Assembly: GCA_965287045.1 (NCBI GenBank) | Contig: OZ336878.1 | Location: forward strand, 104,346,001-104,410,000 | From: Carcharhinus amblyrhynchos | Lineage: Eukaryota | DNA: 64,000 bases | Reading direction: 5' to 3' | Part shown: positions 1-13,577 of the stretch, in pieces | Position numbering within the stretch: position 1 is the stretch's first letter | How the letters are laid out: every line of letters starts with the position of its first letter | The notes under the pieces: model-generated | The model's input: the letters and a program-made list of their open reading frames with translations, nothing else | Databases searched by the model: none | What the model was told of the DNA's origin: nothing | Made by a program: the position numbers and the translations under genes

Positions 1-555
1 GTCAAAGGGAATTTGGCATGTCAGCTCGGACTCTCACCACCTTTTACAGAGGCATCATAGAAATTCTTTCTGGATGCATCAAAGCTTGGCATGGCTCTGG
101 CTCTGCCCAAGACCGCAACAAACTTCAGAAGACCGTGAATGTAGCCCGATCCATCACACAAACCAACCTCCCATCCATTGACTTTGTCTACACTTCCTGC
201 TGCCTCGAAAAAGCAGTCAGCATAATTAAGGACCTCACTCACCCAAGACATCAATCTTACAACTTCTTCCGTCGGTAAAAAGATACAAAATTCTGAGGTC
301 ACCTACCAACCGGCTAAAAAATACGTCTTCCCTGCTGCCATCAGATTTTGAATGGGCCTACGTCGCACGAAATTGATCTTTCCCTACACACTAGCTATGA
401 CTGCAACATTATATTTTGCATTGTCTCCTTGTCTTCTCTATGTAGTTATGCTTTGTGTATAGCATGTAAGAAATAATGCATTTCACTGTATGCTAATGAA
501 TGTGCCAATAATAAATCAAATCAAATCAAATCCATTCAGATCAAATTAAATCAAA
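1..555 (+). mobile_element. Rex1/Babar-type (L2-like) non-LTR retrotransposon 3' fragment
   Basis: ORF 18-278 reads TLTTFYRGIIEILSGCIKAWHG...DRNKLQKTVNVARSIT...IIKDLTHP, typical of the RT C-terminus of this family. Ends in AATAAA plus an (ATCAA)n tail at about 509-555. Confidence 0.75.
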
Positions 556-699
556 ATGAGTGCAGAATAATAAATAGAGGAACAAGATGAGTTAAAGATC
601 TAGGAGTGAAGGGTAGTAACGTCAATAAATAGAAGAAAAAGGGAAATTTGGAAGTACAATATTCTCAATATTCATATAAATTAGTAAACTAAAAGAAAG

Positions 700-2550
700 C
701 GTATGTCCACTCAAGTGAATGTATGCCTGGAGCTAGACAAAGTGGGTGAGGTCCTTAGCAAATCCTTTGCATCGATATTCACAAATAAGAAGGGTATGTT
801 TGGTTTTGAGTCTACAGCAGGTTATATTGATATTCCCGAGCATGCCAATACAAAAAAGAAGGAGCTCTTGGGTGTTTTGAAAAGCGTTAAGGTAAACAAG
901 CCCCAGCGACTTGAAGGGATGTATCCCAGAATACTGGGAGAGCCAAGGGAGGAAATTGCTGAGCTGTTGGACGAAATATTTTATCCCCTGTCATCACTGA
1001 AAAGTCCCAGTGGACTGGCGAGTAGCTAATATTGTTCCGTCGTTCAAGAAGGGCATAATCCGGGATAAAACAGTCCAGTGGCCCTTACAACAATGATATG
1101 GATTTTTTTGGAGAGGATTGTGAGGCACAGAATTCACTCAGTTCTGGAAAATTATGTCCTGATTGACGATAGGCAGCTTGCGTTTTTGCTGGGGAGGTCA
1201 AGTCTAAGAAACTAGATGAAGTTTTTTTGAGGAAGCCACAAACGTAATTCATGAGGGCAGATTGGTGAATGTTGTCTACATGGACTTCAGCAAGGCCTTT
1301 GACGAGGTATCACATGGTGGATACGGAAAGTGAAGTCACATGGTATCTGCAATAAGCCGGTAAGGTCCATACAACTCTGACTTGGTCATTGAAGGCAGAG
1401 TATGGTTAGAAAAGTGTTTTGCTGTCTGGAGACATGGAACCCGAGGTGCTCCGCAGGGAACAGAACAGGGACCACTGTTGTTTGCAATTATATATATATA
1501 TATATAATACTGATTTAGAGGAGAATGTGGGTGGCCTGATTCGTATATTTGTGGATGACACAGTGATTCGGGAGCTGCAGATGGTGAGGAGAATTACCAA
1601 GAGATGCAGAAGGATATTGAAAGGCTGGAGACTTGGGCAGAGAAATGAGAGATGCAAATTAATCCGAACAAATGTGAGGTGATGAACTTTGGAAGGTCTA
1701 ATCCGGGGCGGGGGCGGGGGGCGGGGGGGGGGGGGGGCGGTGGCGGGGTGGAGGGGAACTGTACAGTAAATAGAGAGTCCTTAGAAGCATTAGCACACAG
1801 CCGGATCTGGGCTTCATATGTACACAGTTACCCGGAATTGGCAACACACGTGGATAAGGTCGCCAAGAAGGCATGCTTGCCTTAACTAGTTGTACCATAG
1901 AATAGAAAACAAACTGGTGAGATGTGATGCGGGTGTGTAGAACTTTAGTTAGGCCGCATTCAAAACATTGCATACAGTTCTAGTCGCCACACTGCCAGCA
2001 GGATTTGGAGAGTTTAAGGAGGCTACAGAAAGGGATTGCCAGAATATTGCCTGGTTTGTAGGGTGACAGGCCTAGGGTGAGCGATTGAAAAACTTGGTTT
2101 GTTTTCACTTGAACGTTGGCAGCTGAGAAAGGTATCTACAAAATTACGCGTGTGATGGATAGAATGGATAGTCCGAGTGTTTTTCATGTGGTAGATTGGT
2201 ATTCGTTCGTTGGACATGGGCATCGCTGGATAGCTAGCCTTTATTGTGCAATACCAGTTGCCCTTTAAAAAGTGATGACGGGATACCTGGAAGTCATACG
2301 TTTAAGGTAAAGGGGGGAAGTTTAAAGAATATGTGAGAGACAGGCTTTCCGAGACAGATTTTGAGAATGCATTGCCAAGGGAATTGGTAGAAGCTGACAC
2401 AATAGCAATGTTTAAGAGATATCTTGTCACATACAGGAATAGGTCAGGAAATAGATACAGACAACGTTGGTGCAAAAGTATAGAAAGGCGTCACAGTCGG
2501 CGCAATTATTGTGGGCCGAAGGGCCTGTTGCTGTGCTGTACTGTTCTTCA
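700..2550 (+). mobile_element. CR1/HER1 LINE ORF2 (RT) remnant with 3' tail, decayed
   Basis: Fragments GMYPRILGEPREEIAE, YMDFSKAFD (about 1277-1303), IFVDDT, NKCEVMNFGRSN. 3' tail gggccgaagggcctgttgctgtgctgtactgttct at about 2513-2547. Confidence 0.85.
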
Positions 2551-2614
2551 CTTTTTCCAACTGAACACAGGAAATTCCATTACACTTTTCCAGTGACAAG
2601 CAACAAAATTGCAC

Positions 2615-2641
2615 CTTTTTCTGGTAAAAAGGACATGGTTT
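2615..2641 (-). CDS. Candidate 27-nt phase-1/1 microexon (ETMSFLPEK) of the unidentified left-hand gene
   Basis: Minus strand tttactcctcaacag|AAACCATG...GAAAAAG|gtgcaa. Frame-preserving. Confidence 0.4.
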
Positions 2642-2910
2642 CTGTTGAGGAGTAAACGGTAAATGTTAGCAATAGCAAAACATTATTTTTTAAACTGACA
2701 TGACATGAAATTATATTTTTTTAAAAGTCGCATTTAATGGACTACATGAACTGCGTAATCGATGATGAATGCAACAATTACGTTGTGACAGAAAATAATG
2801 TCCCGATCTTTCACTTAGTTTGACGTGCAGTGTTCATTTAAAGTACCATCAAAGATACACATAAGGGTTCACAAGTACTGAAGTGAATTTGACCGTTGTG
2901 TTTTATTTAC

Positions 2911-2946
2911 CCGAATCACCCAAATTGCTAGAGATTCTTCGAAGTT
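2911..2946 (-). CDS. Candidate 36-nt phase-1/1 microexon (ELRRISSNLGDS)
   Basis: Strong acceptor ttcttattttttcttcag and donor G|gtaaat. Open in phase 1. Confidence 0.5.
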
Positions 2947-3160
2947 CTGAAGAAAAAATAAGAATCCAGAGTTTTAACTTCCTATTGTTAATGTAATTAT
3001 TTTCTAAGTTGATGTTTTATTTTGTTCTTAAATTATAGAAAATTCCCGGAGATCAAAGGATATTACTGTCGGCACCGAATCCAGTTTACGTACATAGTAG
3101 ATGGTCTTTCATTTTCACCACAGCGCAGTGCAGTACAGGAAATTTGCCCTCTGGCATAAC

Positions 3161-3190
3161 CTGGAGGTTCGTTGCATGTTCTCCGTGAGG
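3161..3190 (-). CDS. Candidate 30-nt phase-1/1 microexon (ASRRTCNEPP); alternative donor near 3094
   Basis: Acceptor tttcaattcaacag, donor CAG|gttatg (weak). A stronger gtacgt donor at 3093 would change phase. Confidence 0.35.
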
Positions 3191-3269
3191 CTGTTGAATT
3201 GAAATTCATTTATCGTTGTCGCTCAACACTCAATTAGTATTATTTGAAATAGGGATATATAATGGGAAT

Positions 3270-3960
3270 TGTGGATGTACAAAAGGGTATAGTGTCCTTC
3301 TACACCAGTCAATGAAATTGGAAAGGCAGGTGCAACAATCGATTCGGAAAGCAAATAGTGTGTTGCTCTTCATTGGAAGAGGATTTGAGTTCAGAAGCAG
3401 GAATGTCTTAATTGCAGTTTTGCCGGGCATTGACGAGACCACACTTGGAACATAGGCGTTTGGTCTCTTTGCTTCAGAAATAATAGAGTGCAGCGCCAGT
3501 TTACGACGCTGATAACGGGATTGATGGGGTTGGCCCTTGAGGAAAAAAAAAAGTTTGAGTGTGTCTGTATTCACTAGCGTTCATAAGAGTCAGAGGAAAT
3601 CTAATTAAACTGAATAAATTATGACAAAGCTGCAGAAGCTAGAGAGGGAGGTTGTTTTCCCTAATTGGAGAGTCCATAATAAGGGAACAGAGTGTCAGGA
3701 TAGGTGGTATATCATTTGGAACTGAGATGAGGAATTACATCCTCTCTCAGGGGTCGTGTATTAGAATGTTTTACTACAGAGGGCTGCTGTGGCAAAACAA
3801 GTGAAGCTATCTAAGAAAGCGGTAGGCATTTTTTAGATTTAATGTCGTCATGGATTATGGGGTGAAAGCATGAATATGGGATTGAGAGTGAGGATTAGCC
3901 ATGAACAAATTGAATGTTTATCAGCTTGAAGGGCTGAATGGTCTCGTTTCAATGTTTGAA
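3270..3960 (+). mobile_element. CR1 LINE 3' fragment, decayed
   Basis: VQQSIRKANSVLLFIGRGFEFRSRNV, followed by a CR1-type 3' end (gaagggctgaatggtc). Confidence 0.75.
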
Positions 3961-4529
3961 TTTTTAATGTTGTTGATCTTTACCACACTCATTGGTTCAT
4001 CTATGCATTATATGCTCGAGAATGTCAATTTATGAGCACTTCACGTTCCATTTCGATTTCTGCCACGATTGTCAACTTCCAGTTGTATAAACAAAAAAGT
4101 GAATGCCTCATCTGAAGTCAACCGAAGAAGATGCCAGACAATGCGGCAAGAGTTGATTCATGTTTGCCACCCGTTCAATTGATTGCAGAACAGGCAAAAA
4201 TTGTGCTGCAGTGGAAAATATTGCTTCAGAACAAAGTACCTTTTTCTTTATCAAACACCAACGTTTCTAAGAAAGAAAAAACAAAATTTGAAAAGCAACA
4301 AATAAACATTTAAAATAATTAGTTACAGAATATCGAAAATACATGTTCAAGACAATTTCGAGTCTGCAAATTCAGTTTTAATTAGAAGAACATTTGAATA
4401 TTACAGCTTCCATACAGGTCTAACATAATCTAATGCCTACGAAATTCTGAAAAGCCATATTGTAACCTGAAAATTCACGTAAAAACATAGCAAAATGTTT
4501 ATATCGCCGAATTATTAATTAGATCTTAC

Positions 4530-4565
4530 CTGCATAGTTTAAATTTCCCAGTAGATTCTCGATTT
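4530..4565 (-). CDS. Candidate 36-nt phase-1/1 microexon (EIENLLGNLNYA)
   Basis: Consensus donor CAG|gtaaga, acceptor aaattacag (weak pyrimidine tract). Open in phase 1. Confidence 0.5.
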
Positions 4566-6319
4566 CTGTAATTTATATTTGGACATTTTACCAATTATTT
4601 TCTCTTTCTACATTTCTAATACTATTGACATTAAATGAAAAATCCCCAAATTTATTGCCAGTGCGCATTAAACACAATTCGCTTCCGTGAACTGCAGATT
4701 AAAATCAGGCAATTTGCACAACAGGCGCCAATCTGCCATATTGGTTTTATGTTTGTGCAGGCATTGGGAACGCACCCCAATGCAAAGCAAACTATTTCCT
4801 GCCTACATTCGGTTGCTGCTCAGCAATACCAGTTTTACTTTAAAAAGTGAGCGAACTGGTTAAAAAAAAGTCATAATAGTGTCCTCACAGGTGTCCATCA
4901 ACAACCCCCTAAACTGATATTATCTTGCGCGTTTATTGCCAACCAGTTAAAGCGTATGTTTTTCTTGTTGACGTGTAAAATCATTTGATTTCTACACTGC
5001 ATGTTTTACTTCAAGCATTTACGTAAGGCTTGTTAGAAGTGTAAATGACATTTTAAGTGTGGCAGTTTTTGGAAGAACTGGCAAGATGTGTTCAGGAAAT
5101 TGGTTCATTTAGCAGGTAATATGAGGGTTGTTTTCAATGCTAACAGAAGTTATTGAAATGTTGACTATACTAAAGCAACGCAGGCATATGTGCATGAAAA
5201 TGTCACATTATCACGTGTTTTCTGCACTGGGATGCTTTTTCATTGACACAACATCTATTCACTCACCATTCTTTCTTCCCCTGCCCAATACTGTTAACAA
5301 ATCTCGCTTTGAAATGCGAAGATATTTTCATCATTGTTTTGAATTGAAGTCATGCCGTTAACAATTTTACCTACACTGAGTGTCACGTAAAAATAAATGC
5401 CCCAATGTGAATTGACGTATTTTTAACTGCAAATTAGCGAACAAAACTTAATTAATACAATTTAATAACGACATTGACAGCTAATGTATCATAACAGATT
5501 GAACAAAGCATAGAACGATTGATTTCATTGCCTGCTAAGCATTTACACAATTTCGTCTTGCCATTTAGCCAACGACGGAACACTGAACGCATGTATCTAT
5601 AAGATGAAAAAAGGAACTAGCGTAAATGCTGAAAAGAGGAGTAAAAGCAAATTAGAATCAATGATGAATTTACCACAAAGATCAAAACTAGCATTGAAAA
5701 TGGACCATAACTGATACTGTTTGATTTTGATATTTATGTTGGCACGTATGATAATCTGAAGAAATATATCTGGTGGCATTTGTTGTGGACGGCTTCACTG
5801 AAAATTATAGATAAAAACAAACATAAATTAACTGATCTCTGTTGAAGGCTTTAGAAGTATACGTTTTATTAGGAGAGTAATAGGTAATTTTGATCGAAAT
5901 GTTCCCTATTTAGTACCTTACAGGCTAAAAAAAGTAATTAATCAGTAGTAATTGCTCAGTAGCTGTAATTTTGTTGTGAGCTATATACTCACGATATAAG
6001 TAGGTGACGTTTTCTGTTAGAAAGGGTTTGTAATCCACAATAATCGACATTTGCATTTTTCATTAACAGAGTGAGAATTTGTGAATTTGGTCAAGAGGGC
6101 AGGTGTTGCAGTTGACCAATTAAATGCAGATCTTTATAAACAGCTGACGCGTATTTTATTTGTACTCTAAGTTAGGGTATTTTAACGTTATATAAATAGA
6201 GGGGCACCATGCCTTTGGTAATTTTCTTGCAGCTCCAGCGTCTTTCATTTAGATTTGCTAAGCGGTATTTCACAATGCGGCGCATTCAGGGCATCGGGGA
6301 GGAAGGGAGTTTTTTAAAG

Positions 6320-6830
6320 GTGAATTTATGGGAAATGGGCGTCATTGCCCAGGCCCATCCTCACTTGCTCTTTGAAGTTGGTGGTGAGCTGCTTTCCAGA
6401 ACCACTGCCGCCTCTGAGGCGTAGGTATTCCCGAAGTGCCGTCCTAGAAGCAATTCCAAGATTTAAACCCGGCGATAGCGAAGGAGTGGCGACATAGTTC
6501 CATGCCAGGATGGTGACAGTCACTTGTAGGGTAATCACCAGGTCATGTCATTTTAAGGTATCTGCTTCGCTAACATTTTAATGGTATCAGTCGTGGTTTT
6601 TCGAGGGCTGCATGTGGAACCTTCGTGAACTTCTGCAGTGTGTTTTGCAGATGGTACTCACCACTGCCATGTTCGGCGATGGTCGGGGTAGTGAATTTTT
6701 GTGAAAGCGGTGGCCATCATGTCTTATCCTGTGTAAATTCATCCAGGCAACTGGGGGAAATTCCAACAGAATGGTTTTGAGAGTGAGGATGTAATTCACT
6801 CGCCACAGGATTACCTGGAGTTGCCAGGAA
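6320..6830 (-). mobile_element. Decayed CR1-type LINE fragment
   Basis: Matches the common elasmobranch LINE 3' motif gcccatcc...cttgaaggtggtggtgagct in reverse orientation. Confidence 0.5.
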
Positions 6831-7939
6831 TGTTTCTTCAGGACTGTGATTACATGCCATGTGTTAATTAGATGGTCACGGAGAGAGGGCTTTCTCGCTG
6901 GGTAAAACAGATATGTTCATTGAGCATAGAGCTACGGATGATATTTAGATAATGATTTTGCCTGAAGGAATGAGTTTATTGTCATCCGTTGCTGGGAAGA
7001 AAAATTCAAGTGTGGATGAACACATCCTTCATTGCGCCACAGTCAGGGAGCTCTTCAGAGGTGGAAATGAAAATTAAGCAGGCAGGAAACAAATCATCAA
7101 GGGGGCATATGCTGTTATCCACTGCCGAGATTGGTGAACAATAAGCTACCTGCCTGATTATTTTGTCAAGAACATTTTCTTACACTGTAAGATGGCTCAC
7201 GTATGAATCCATGGGATAAGTACATCTAGAAAGTACGAAGTGATGATAACATTTCAGCAGTTAACGTTAAAAGAATTAAGTTGCAGACGCAATGATAATT
7301 TATAGATTGTAAAAGAGGTGTCATATGAATTGGTACCTAGTCAAGCAAATTAGATTATTAAATGTGGCATCGAAAAGGTGTGTGTGATGAAAAGCTTTTG
7401 ATTCTTAGAGCACCTGTTTCAGTACTTGTAGCCAACTATTCCACTGGGGACGTTCCACTGAATCCTAATGAAAGGAATGTGGCCCTGGCTCACATATAAA
7501 ACATGTGTCGGGTATGTTGTATATCTTTAATTTTAAAGAGAAAATGAAGTTCAGATAATAATATAAGATTTGGAAAAAGTGACAATAATTAGATTGGAAG
7601 AGAATATAATTGTGACACTGCACCAGTGAAAACGATATCTACAGATAAAGCAATAAAGTAAAGCTAAAACCCTTTATTAGAATTTTCTAATTATTTGCAG
7701 TGCTATAGAGGGTTTAAGTATCGCGATAAATAGTTAAAGGTTCGCCACAGAGGCATGAGTCTGAAAATGACTGTGTCATGAGATAAATATTTCAGAGTGC
7801 ATAACATTCTCTAAAAGCAGTAAGATAAAAATGTAAATAGCACTGACTCATAAAACACATGATGACTTGAGAAGAGTATTGCAAATCAATACGGTTTTAG
7901 ATAATCGGGCTGTAGAATCAGAGTGGGTGGGAAATAAAC

Positions 7940-9040
7940 GTAAGAACACAAGAACATAAGAAATAGGAGCAGGAGTAGGCCATCCAGCCCTTCGAGCCTG
8001 CCCCGCCATTCAATAAGATCATGGCTGATCTGAAGTGGATCAGTTCCACTTTCCCGCTTTATCCCCATGACCCTTAATTCCCTTGTCTATCAGAAATCTA
8101 TCTACCGTGACTTAAATATATTCAGCGAGGTAGCCTCCACCACTTCAATGGGCAGACAATTCCAGAGATTCACCACCCTTTGAGTGAAGAAGTTCCTCCT
8201 CAACTCCGTTCTAACCTGCCCCCCCCCCTTATTTTAAGGCTGTGCCCTCAAGTTCTGCCATCCTGTCTAAGCGGGAAGAATTTCTCTACCTCTACCCTAT
8301 CTAGCCCCTTCATTATCTTGTAAGTCTCTATAAGAACCCCCCTCATCCTTCTAAACTCCAATGAGTACGGACCAAGTCTATTCAATCTCTCTTCATAAAC
8401 TAACCCCCTCATCTCTGGTACCAGCCGAGTGAACCTTCTCTGTACTCCCCCCAACGCCAATATATCCTTTCTCAAATGCGGGGACCAAAACTGCACACAG
8501 TACTTCAGTTGCGGCCTCAGCAGTGTCCTGTACAGTTGCAGCTAGACCTCTCTGCTTTTATATTCTATCCCCCTCGCTATAAAGACCAGCATTCCATTCG
8601 CCTTCTTGATCACCTGCTGCACCTGCAGACTGGGTTTTTGCGATTCGTGCATAAGGACCCCCAGGCCCTTCTGCACTGCAGCATGCTGCAGCTTTTCGCC
8701 CTTTAAGTAATAATCCCTCCTATTATTATTTCTACCAAAGTGGATAACCTCACGTTTGCTAACGTTATACTCCATCTGCCAGGTACTCGCCCACTCACTG
8801 AACCTATCCAAACCTCTCTGCAGACTTTCCGCGCCTTCCATGCAACTCGCCTTTCCACTCACCTTCGTATCATCATCACATCTCGTTACCCTACACTCAG
8901 CCCCCTCCTCCAGATCGTCTATGTACATGGTAAACAGTTGAGGCCCCAGCATCGATCCCTGCGGCACTCCACTAGTCACTAACTGCCAACCAGAAAAAGA
9001 CCCGTTGATATCAACTCTCTGCTTCCTGTTAGACAACCAA
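7940..9040 (-). mobile_element. Relatively young 5'-truncated CR1/HER1 LINE
   Basis: Near-continuous RT ORFs 8542-9036 (SGVPQGSMLGPQLFTMYIDDL...DDTK) and 8248-8496 (QFWSPHLRKDILAL). (AAGAACAT)-like terminal repeats at about 7940-7965. Confidence 0.92.
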
Positions 9041-10957
9041 AAAACTGGACAACATCTGTGAGGGTAGTATGTTAACCCTTTAAAATTAGTTGCGAGTATG
9101 CCGGCAAGATATGAATCAATATACGTTCAAACAAAAGCAATGTAATGGTTGTGGGTGAATCACCTTCATGTAATTTGTATCAATTAATGTGCCAAATCCT
9201 TCCAAATTGCGACACACACATCCTTGTTGCCAATGGGTGAACTACTGTCACATGTACAACCAAACCTGCCCAGTCTTTTCTCAATAGTTAACCTACCTAA
9301 TTGCGGGTATTAATTAGTCTTTTAGAGCATCTCTGATCGGCTTCTGATGCACTTACATCATTCATAAATCAGGTGACCATTACTGTAAAAAGCACTAGTA
9401 ATTTGGTCTCACTCGTTTCTTGTAAACAGAATGACAACATTCGATATTTGTTTTAAATTATATACTCAACAATTGACAAAACACAGTCCCTTAGCTAATT
9501 ATTTTCTTTATACTGAAACAAAGCTTCTGCAATTCATGCACGACAGCATCCAGATTCTATAGCACTTCAGCATTCTTCGATGTCTTACCTTTCTTATTTT
9601 ATTATTCGTCCCGTTAAAATGGACAGTTCCACATTACAAAGCAATGTTGACTCAACCTGATTGTCCGAAATTTATCCAATTGCCTTGCGATAACTTGCTT
9701 AATTATATTTTAATAATAGCAAACATTTCATGAGAGACCGGCTCCTGACCACATGGTCGGACTGACTGCCTATAAGGGGGCTTTTAAAACAAAGGAGACA
9801 CGTCTAAAATAGAGAACAATTGCGCTTTCTACATGCAAAAGTTATCACAATGTGCCCCGTACGTGTTATATACGAAGGTATGTGCCTTAACACATATTCT
9901 ATAATGATGGATTTTAAGAGGAATTGCAACATTGAGATGTAGTTTCAGAGATCTTTGTGACCTTCGGTGAAGAGCAACTGCCCTACTGCAGGCTGGGGAA
10001 AAAAACGTACAACCGGGCAGGCCAAATAGAAATAGAACAATGAAATATCGAACGCAATCAGTGGGAGACTTTTCAAGACCTTGCAGCTATGAGGTATTAG
10101 ATAGGGGAATGAATAGAAGGATTCAACTGCTAATGAATATGATTAGGAACATTTTCCCGTCAATTGGCCTGATAAGTTACAACTAGTTAGGCAGGATGAC
10201 TTCCTTAGCCCCCACAGTATGAAGCTGGCAGGAGTGAACCTTGAACCTGTCAGATATGCCTAAGCAGTTTGCGAAGCAATGAGGAAGGTATTTTGTGGTC
10301 CAAGTAACCAAATCATTCCTAAGTGTGCGAGGGGCTAGAATGTTGTTGCCAAGGTAAATAATTTGTATTCATGTAATTCGACCATTCAGTTTGTACGACT
10401 GATTGGACGGGAAGATGAATGTTCGAACATAGCACATCAGATGTGTTCAAGTGATAGCGCAATGTTTAACACTGTATTTCCAAAATACGTGGAATGTATT
10501 GACACACAGAAGTTCATAAGCAATTATGAACAGGAACATATTAAATTGGACATAAGATCCGTGAATACTTGTGAATTTGCGAATTTGACATAGAAATCAG
10601 AGAGTCAGCATTTTTAGGCATTCTCAAGTTCGAAGTTTATGACTGGTGAGACAGTGCAAGAATCATTTGTGGTCCTCGGCTATTTACAAACTATGTTACA
10701 CGCCTTTAATTTCGGAAGACAAAGTATATTTTGTCATTTTTCATCAGCTGGTTTGAGTACGAGAGTAAAGAACATTTGGTAGAATTGTATAGGCCTTTTC
10801 TGAGGCCATGTCTGATGCTGTTTTCGTTTGTGCGTAGAAGGAAGGATACACAGATTTTTGGTTGTGACAGGCTAAGATTATGACGGTTGTTCAGTGATGG
10901 GAGCCTGAAATGTGTTGTTTGAGGTTGAGAGGAATGAAAGGCATTGCAAGCCTATAT

Positions 10958-11097
10958 TCACTCTCTCTCTCTCTCTCCCCCCCCTCTCTCTCTCTCACAC
11001 ACACACAAACACACATATACACGGACAGACACATACACGCACACATCACACTCACACACATACACATATGCAAATACACATCCAGACGCACGCACAA
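10958..11097. repeat. (CT)n/(CA)n compound microsatellite
   Basis: Directly visible dinucleotide runs. Explains several low-complexity ORFs. Confidence 0.95.
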
Positions 11098-11494
11098 ACA
11101 AGTTGGCCCCTTTCGAAAGCGGTGGAAAGAGTCTCGAGCTTATAGTCAGCCCGTTAAACAGTTTTATGCATGCTCCTTCTGTGACCATCGAGTCTTTTAA
11201 TTCCTGGCACTGCTGCGTCTGCTCCAGACGTAAAAACACATCTGGGACACGATGCCAGAATGATGATGGCCTCTTAAAAAGACAGGTAATCCGATTGAAT
11301 CAAGCTCTATTCTTCAGGATCTTATTGGGTTTCGCATTTGGTTGTTTCCTTTGGATGTGGAACTCATCGGTAATGTGCACCACTTCTGTTTCCAGAAAAA
11401 ATACAGTTTTCGGAGTGAGATCAGGAAACATTTCTCAACTGAAAAGACTATGAATCTTTGATTTCAATGCATGTGGATATTTGGATACTTTGCA

Positions 11495-11823
11495 GGCAGC
11501 ATGGTGGCACAGTGGTTAGCACCGCTGCTTCACAGTGCCAGAGACACAGGTGCAATTCCGGCGTCGAATCGCCATCTGTGTGGAGATAGCACATTCTCCC
11601 CGTGTCTGCGTGGGTTTCTTCCGGGTGCTCCGATTTCCCCCCGCCGTCAAACAATGTGCGATCTAGGCTGAGTGGCCAACTTGCATTGAACCCAGTGTCA
11701 ACGGGATTAATACGGTAAATACGTGTGGTTGCGAGAATATGTCCTGGGTATGATTATGGTCGGTGCAGGTTCGATGGGCCGAATAACCTCCATCTGCACT
11801 GCAGAGAGTTTATGATTCTATGA
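11495..11823 (+). mobile_element. HE1-type tRNA-derived SINE
   Basis: Head ggcagcatggtggcacagtggttagcac (A box), core ttctccccgtgtctgcgtgggttt, CR1-like tail gggccgaa...tatgattctatga. Confidence 0.88.
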
Positions 11824-13577
11824 AAGTAAAATATGTTTGATTCTTCAAACTTTCAATGGATCAATAGACTACATACATAATTGGTGGCGTGCGGAATGAG
11901 GAAAGGTTGGACAGGTTAGGCCTTTATCTGATGATGCTTGGAAGAATAGGGTGCGTCTTCGTCAAAACCTTTCAAATTCTGAGGGGTCGTGACATGGTGA
12001 ATGTGGAGATGAATTTAGAACGAGCTGCCACAGGTTAAAACAATTAGCCGCTCATATAAGACAGAGATTGGAAGGTGTGCTTTCCTCTCAAATTATCATT
12101 ATACTTTACGTCTTTTCACCACCTTTACCTCTAAAGGTGTTGAAAGCACCTTTAATTATATTAGGGCCAGAGGAGTGGAATTATTGATAAAGGGAGGTGT
12201 GTGAGATCTGTTTACATCTATTTCCAGGAAAGTGCAATTGAGGCTGCTGTAATCGTCTGTTTACAGAAATGTGCGATTGAGATTACAATCTGATCAGACT
12301 CGATCCAATGGAATAACGGAGCAGGTTGGAAGGCCGAGTGACGTGCTCATGGTTTTAATATGTATGTAGGGATATTGTTTGACTTGGAGTGTGAAGAGGA
12401 AAATTATCCGTGCGTGGACAGAATCGCAAAACTTTCTCAAAGGGAATGGTGCACGCATGCTCACATTTCTTACGCTTTTCTATCTGACTTTACCGGAAAT
12501 GGCAAGGCTTGATAAATGGGGTGAAATTCAATGCTCTTGCCATGCTAATTGCCCAGCACTTCATTAACTGTAAGAATGAATTAAACACATTGTTACAGGT
12601 AGAATGACGCCGTTCGACGTATCGCCTCTGCACCTGTTCTCTGCCTGAGCAATTCGTTTAGTGCCATTATTCTGACTGTTCTCCGTGACCCTGTATATTT
12701 CTTTATTTCTGTTAACAGTAGAATTCTCTTTGCAATGCTTCTATTGATTCTGACTCATCATCCTCCCAGTTAGATGTTTTTCAGGCCTTATCTACACGCT
12801 ACTCGATAACGTTTCTTTGTTTTTCCCATTTAGTTTTTGCTTCACGTGCCAATTCGTTTTACTCTGTTATTCCTCATTACCAACAACTGTACAAGTGAGA
12901 CTTCTTTCCACTACGTACTCTATGAAGATACAACTTGGTTTTGAACGCTTCTACCATGACACCTCTCACACTTTGGTTCTCCAAAGAAAGCAGTCCTAAC
13001 TCATTCAGTCTATCTTTCGAACTGAAGTTCCGCATCCATGGAACCACTTCGGTGAATCCTTTTTCGTACTCCCTTCAATGTGTTTGCATCTAATATTGAT
13101 AGATAATTAATTAAAATTGGATTGAAAAAAATCAAATCCGAATCAGATTTTCTATCCTATATCTTCCTAGCCTCCCGAACTACTTTTGCAGCACATGGAA
13201 GTCAAATGTATTAGGGTACATTGATGTCTTCAGATCCAGGCCAGGCTGTGTAAATAGCAGACTGTAATGCTGACCGACGTCGAAGATGGGCGATTGCTCA
13301 ACGGCCGTTTGTCGAACATAATTTGCAAGTCCTTGAAAGGATCATTTGATCTGCAATCTGTAATTTCGTGTCTCATTAAACTTAATTTTCTAAATTTTTC
13401 TGGACAATCATTCTAGAACCCATTTACTTTTTTTGATTCTGTTCATCCCTGATATCAGTTTTAAAGTTGGCAGAAAGCTAGAATGTTTTTTACTTATCAA
13501 CTTCCAGTGCTATTTCTATATTTCATGAATTGAATTACCTTTTAATCTAGTGACTGGAAAGATATCTTCCGCATTAC

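Noticed and set aside
2911-2946. BH3-like ELRRIS in a microexon
   Set aside because: It lacks the conserved (G/S)D of BH3 motifs at the right position and is too short to support a BCL2-family call.
10891-11453. Several overlapping ORFs up to 169 aa
   Set aside because: They are opened by the (CT)n(CA)n microsatellite and give low-complexity translations.
11495-11570. tRNA-like A/B boxes at SINE heads
   Set aside because: They continue into HE1 SINE core and LINE-derived tail and do not form a complete cloverleaf, so they are not tRNA genes.
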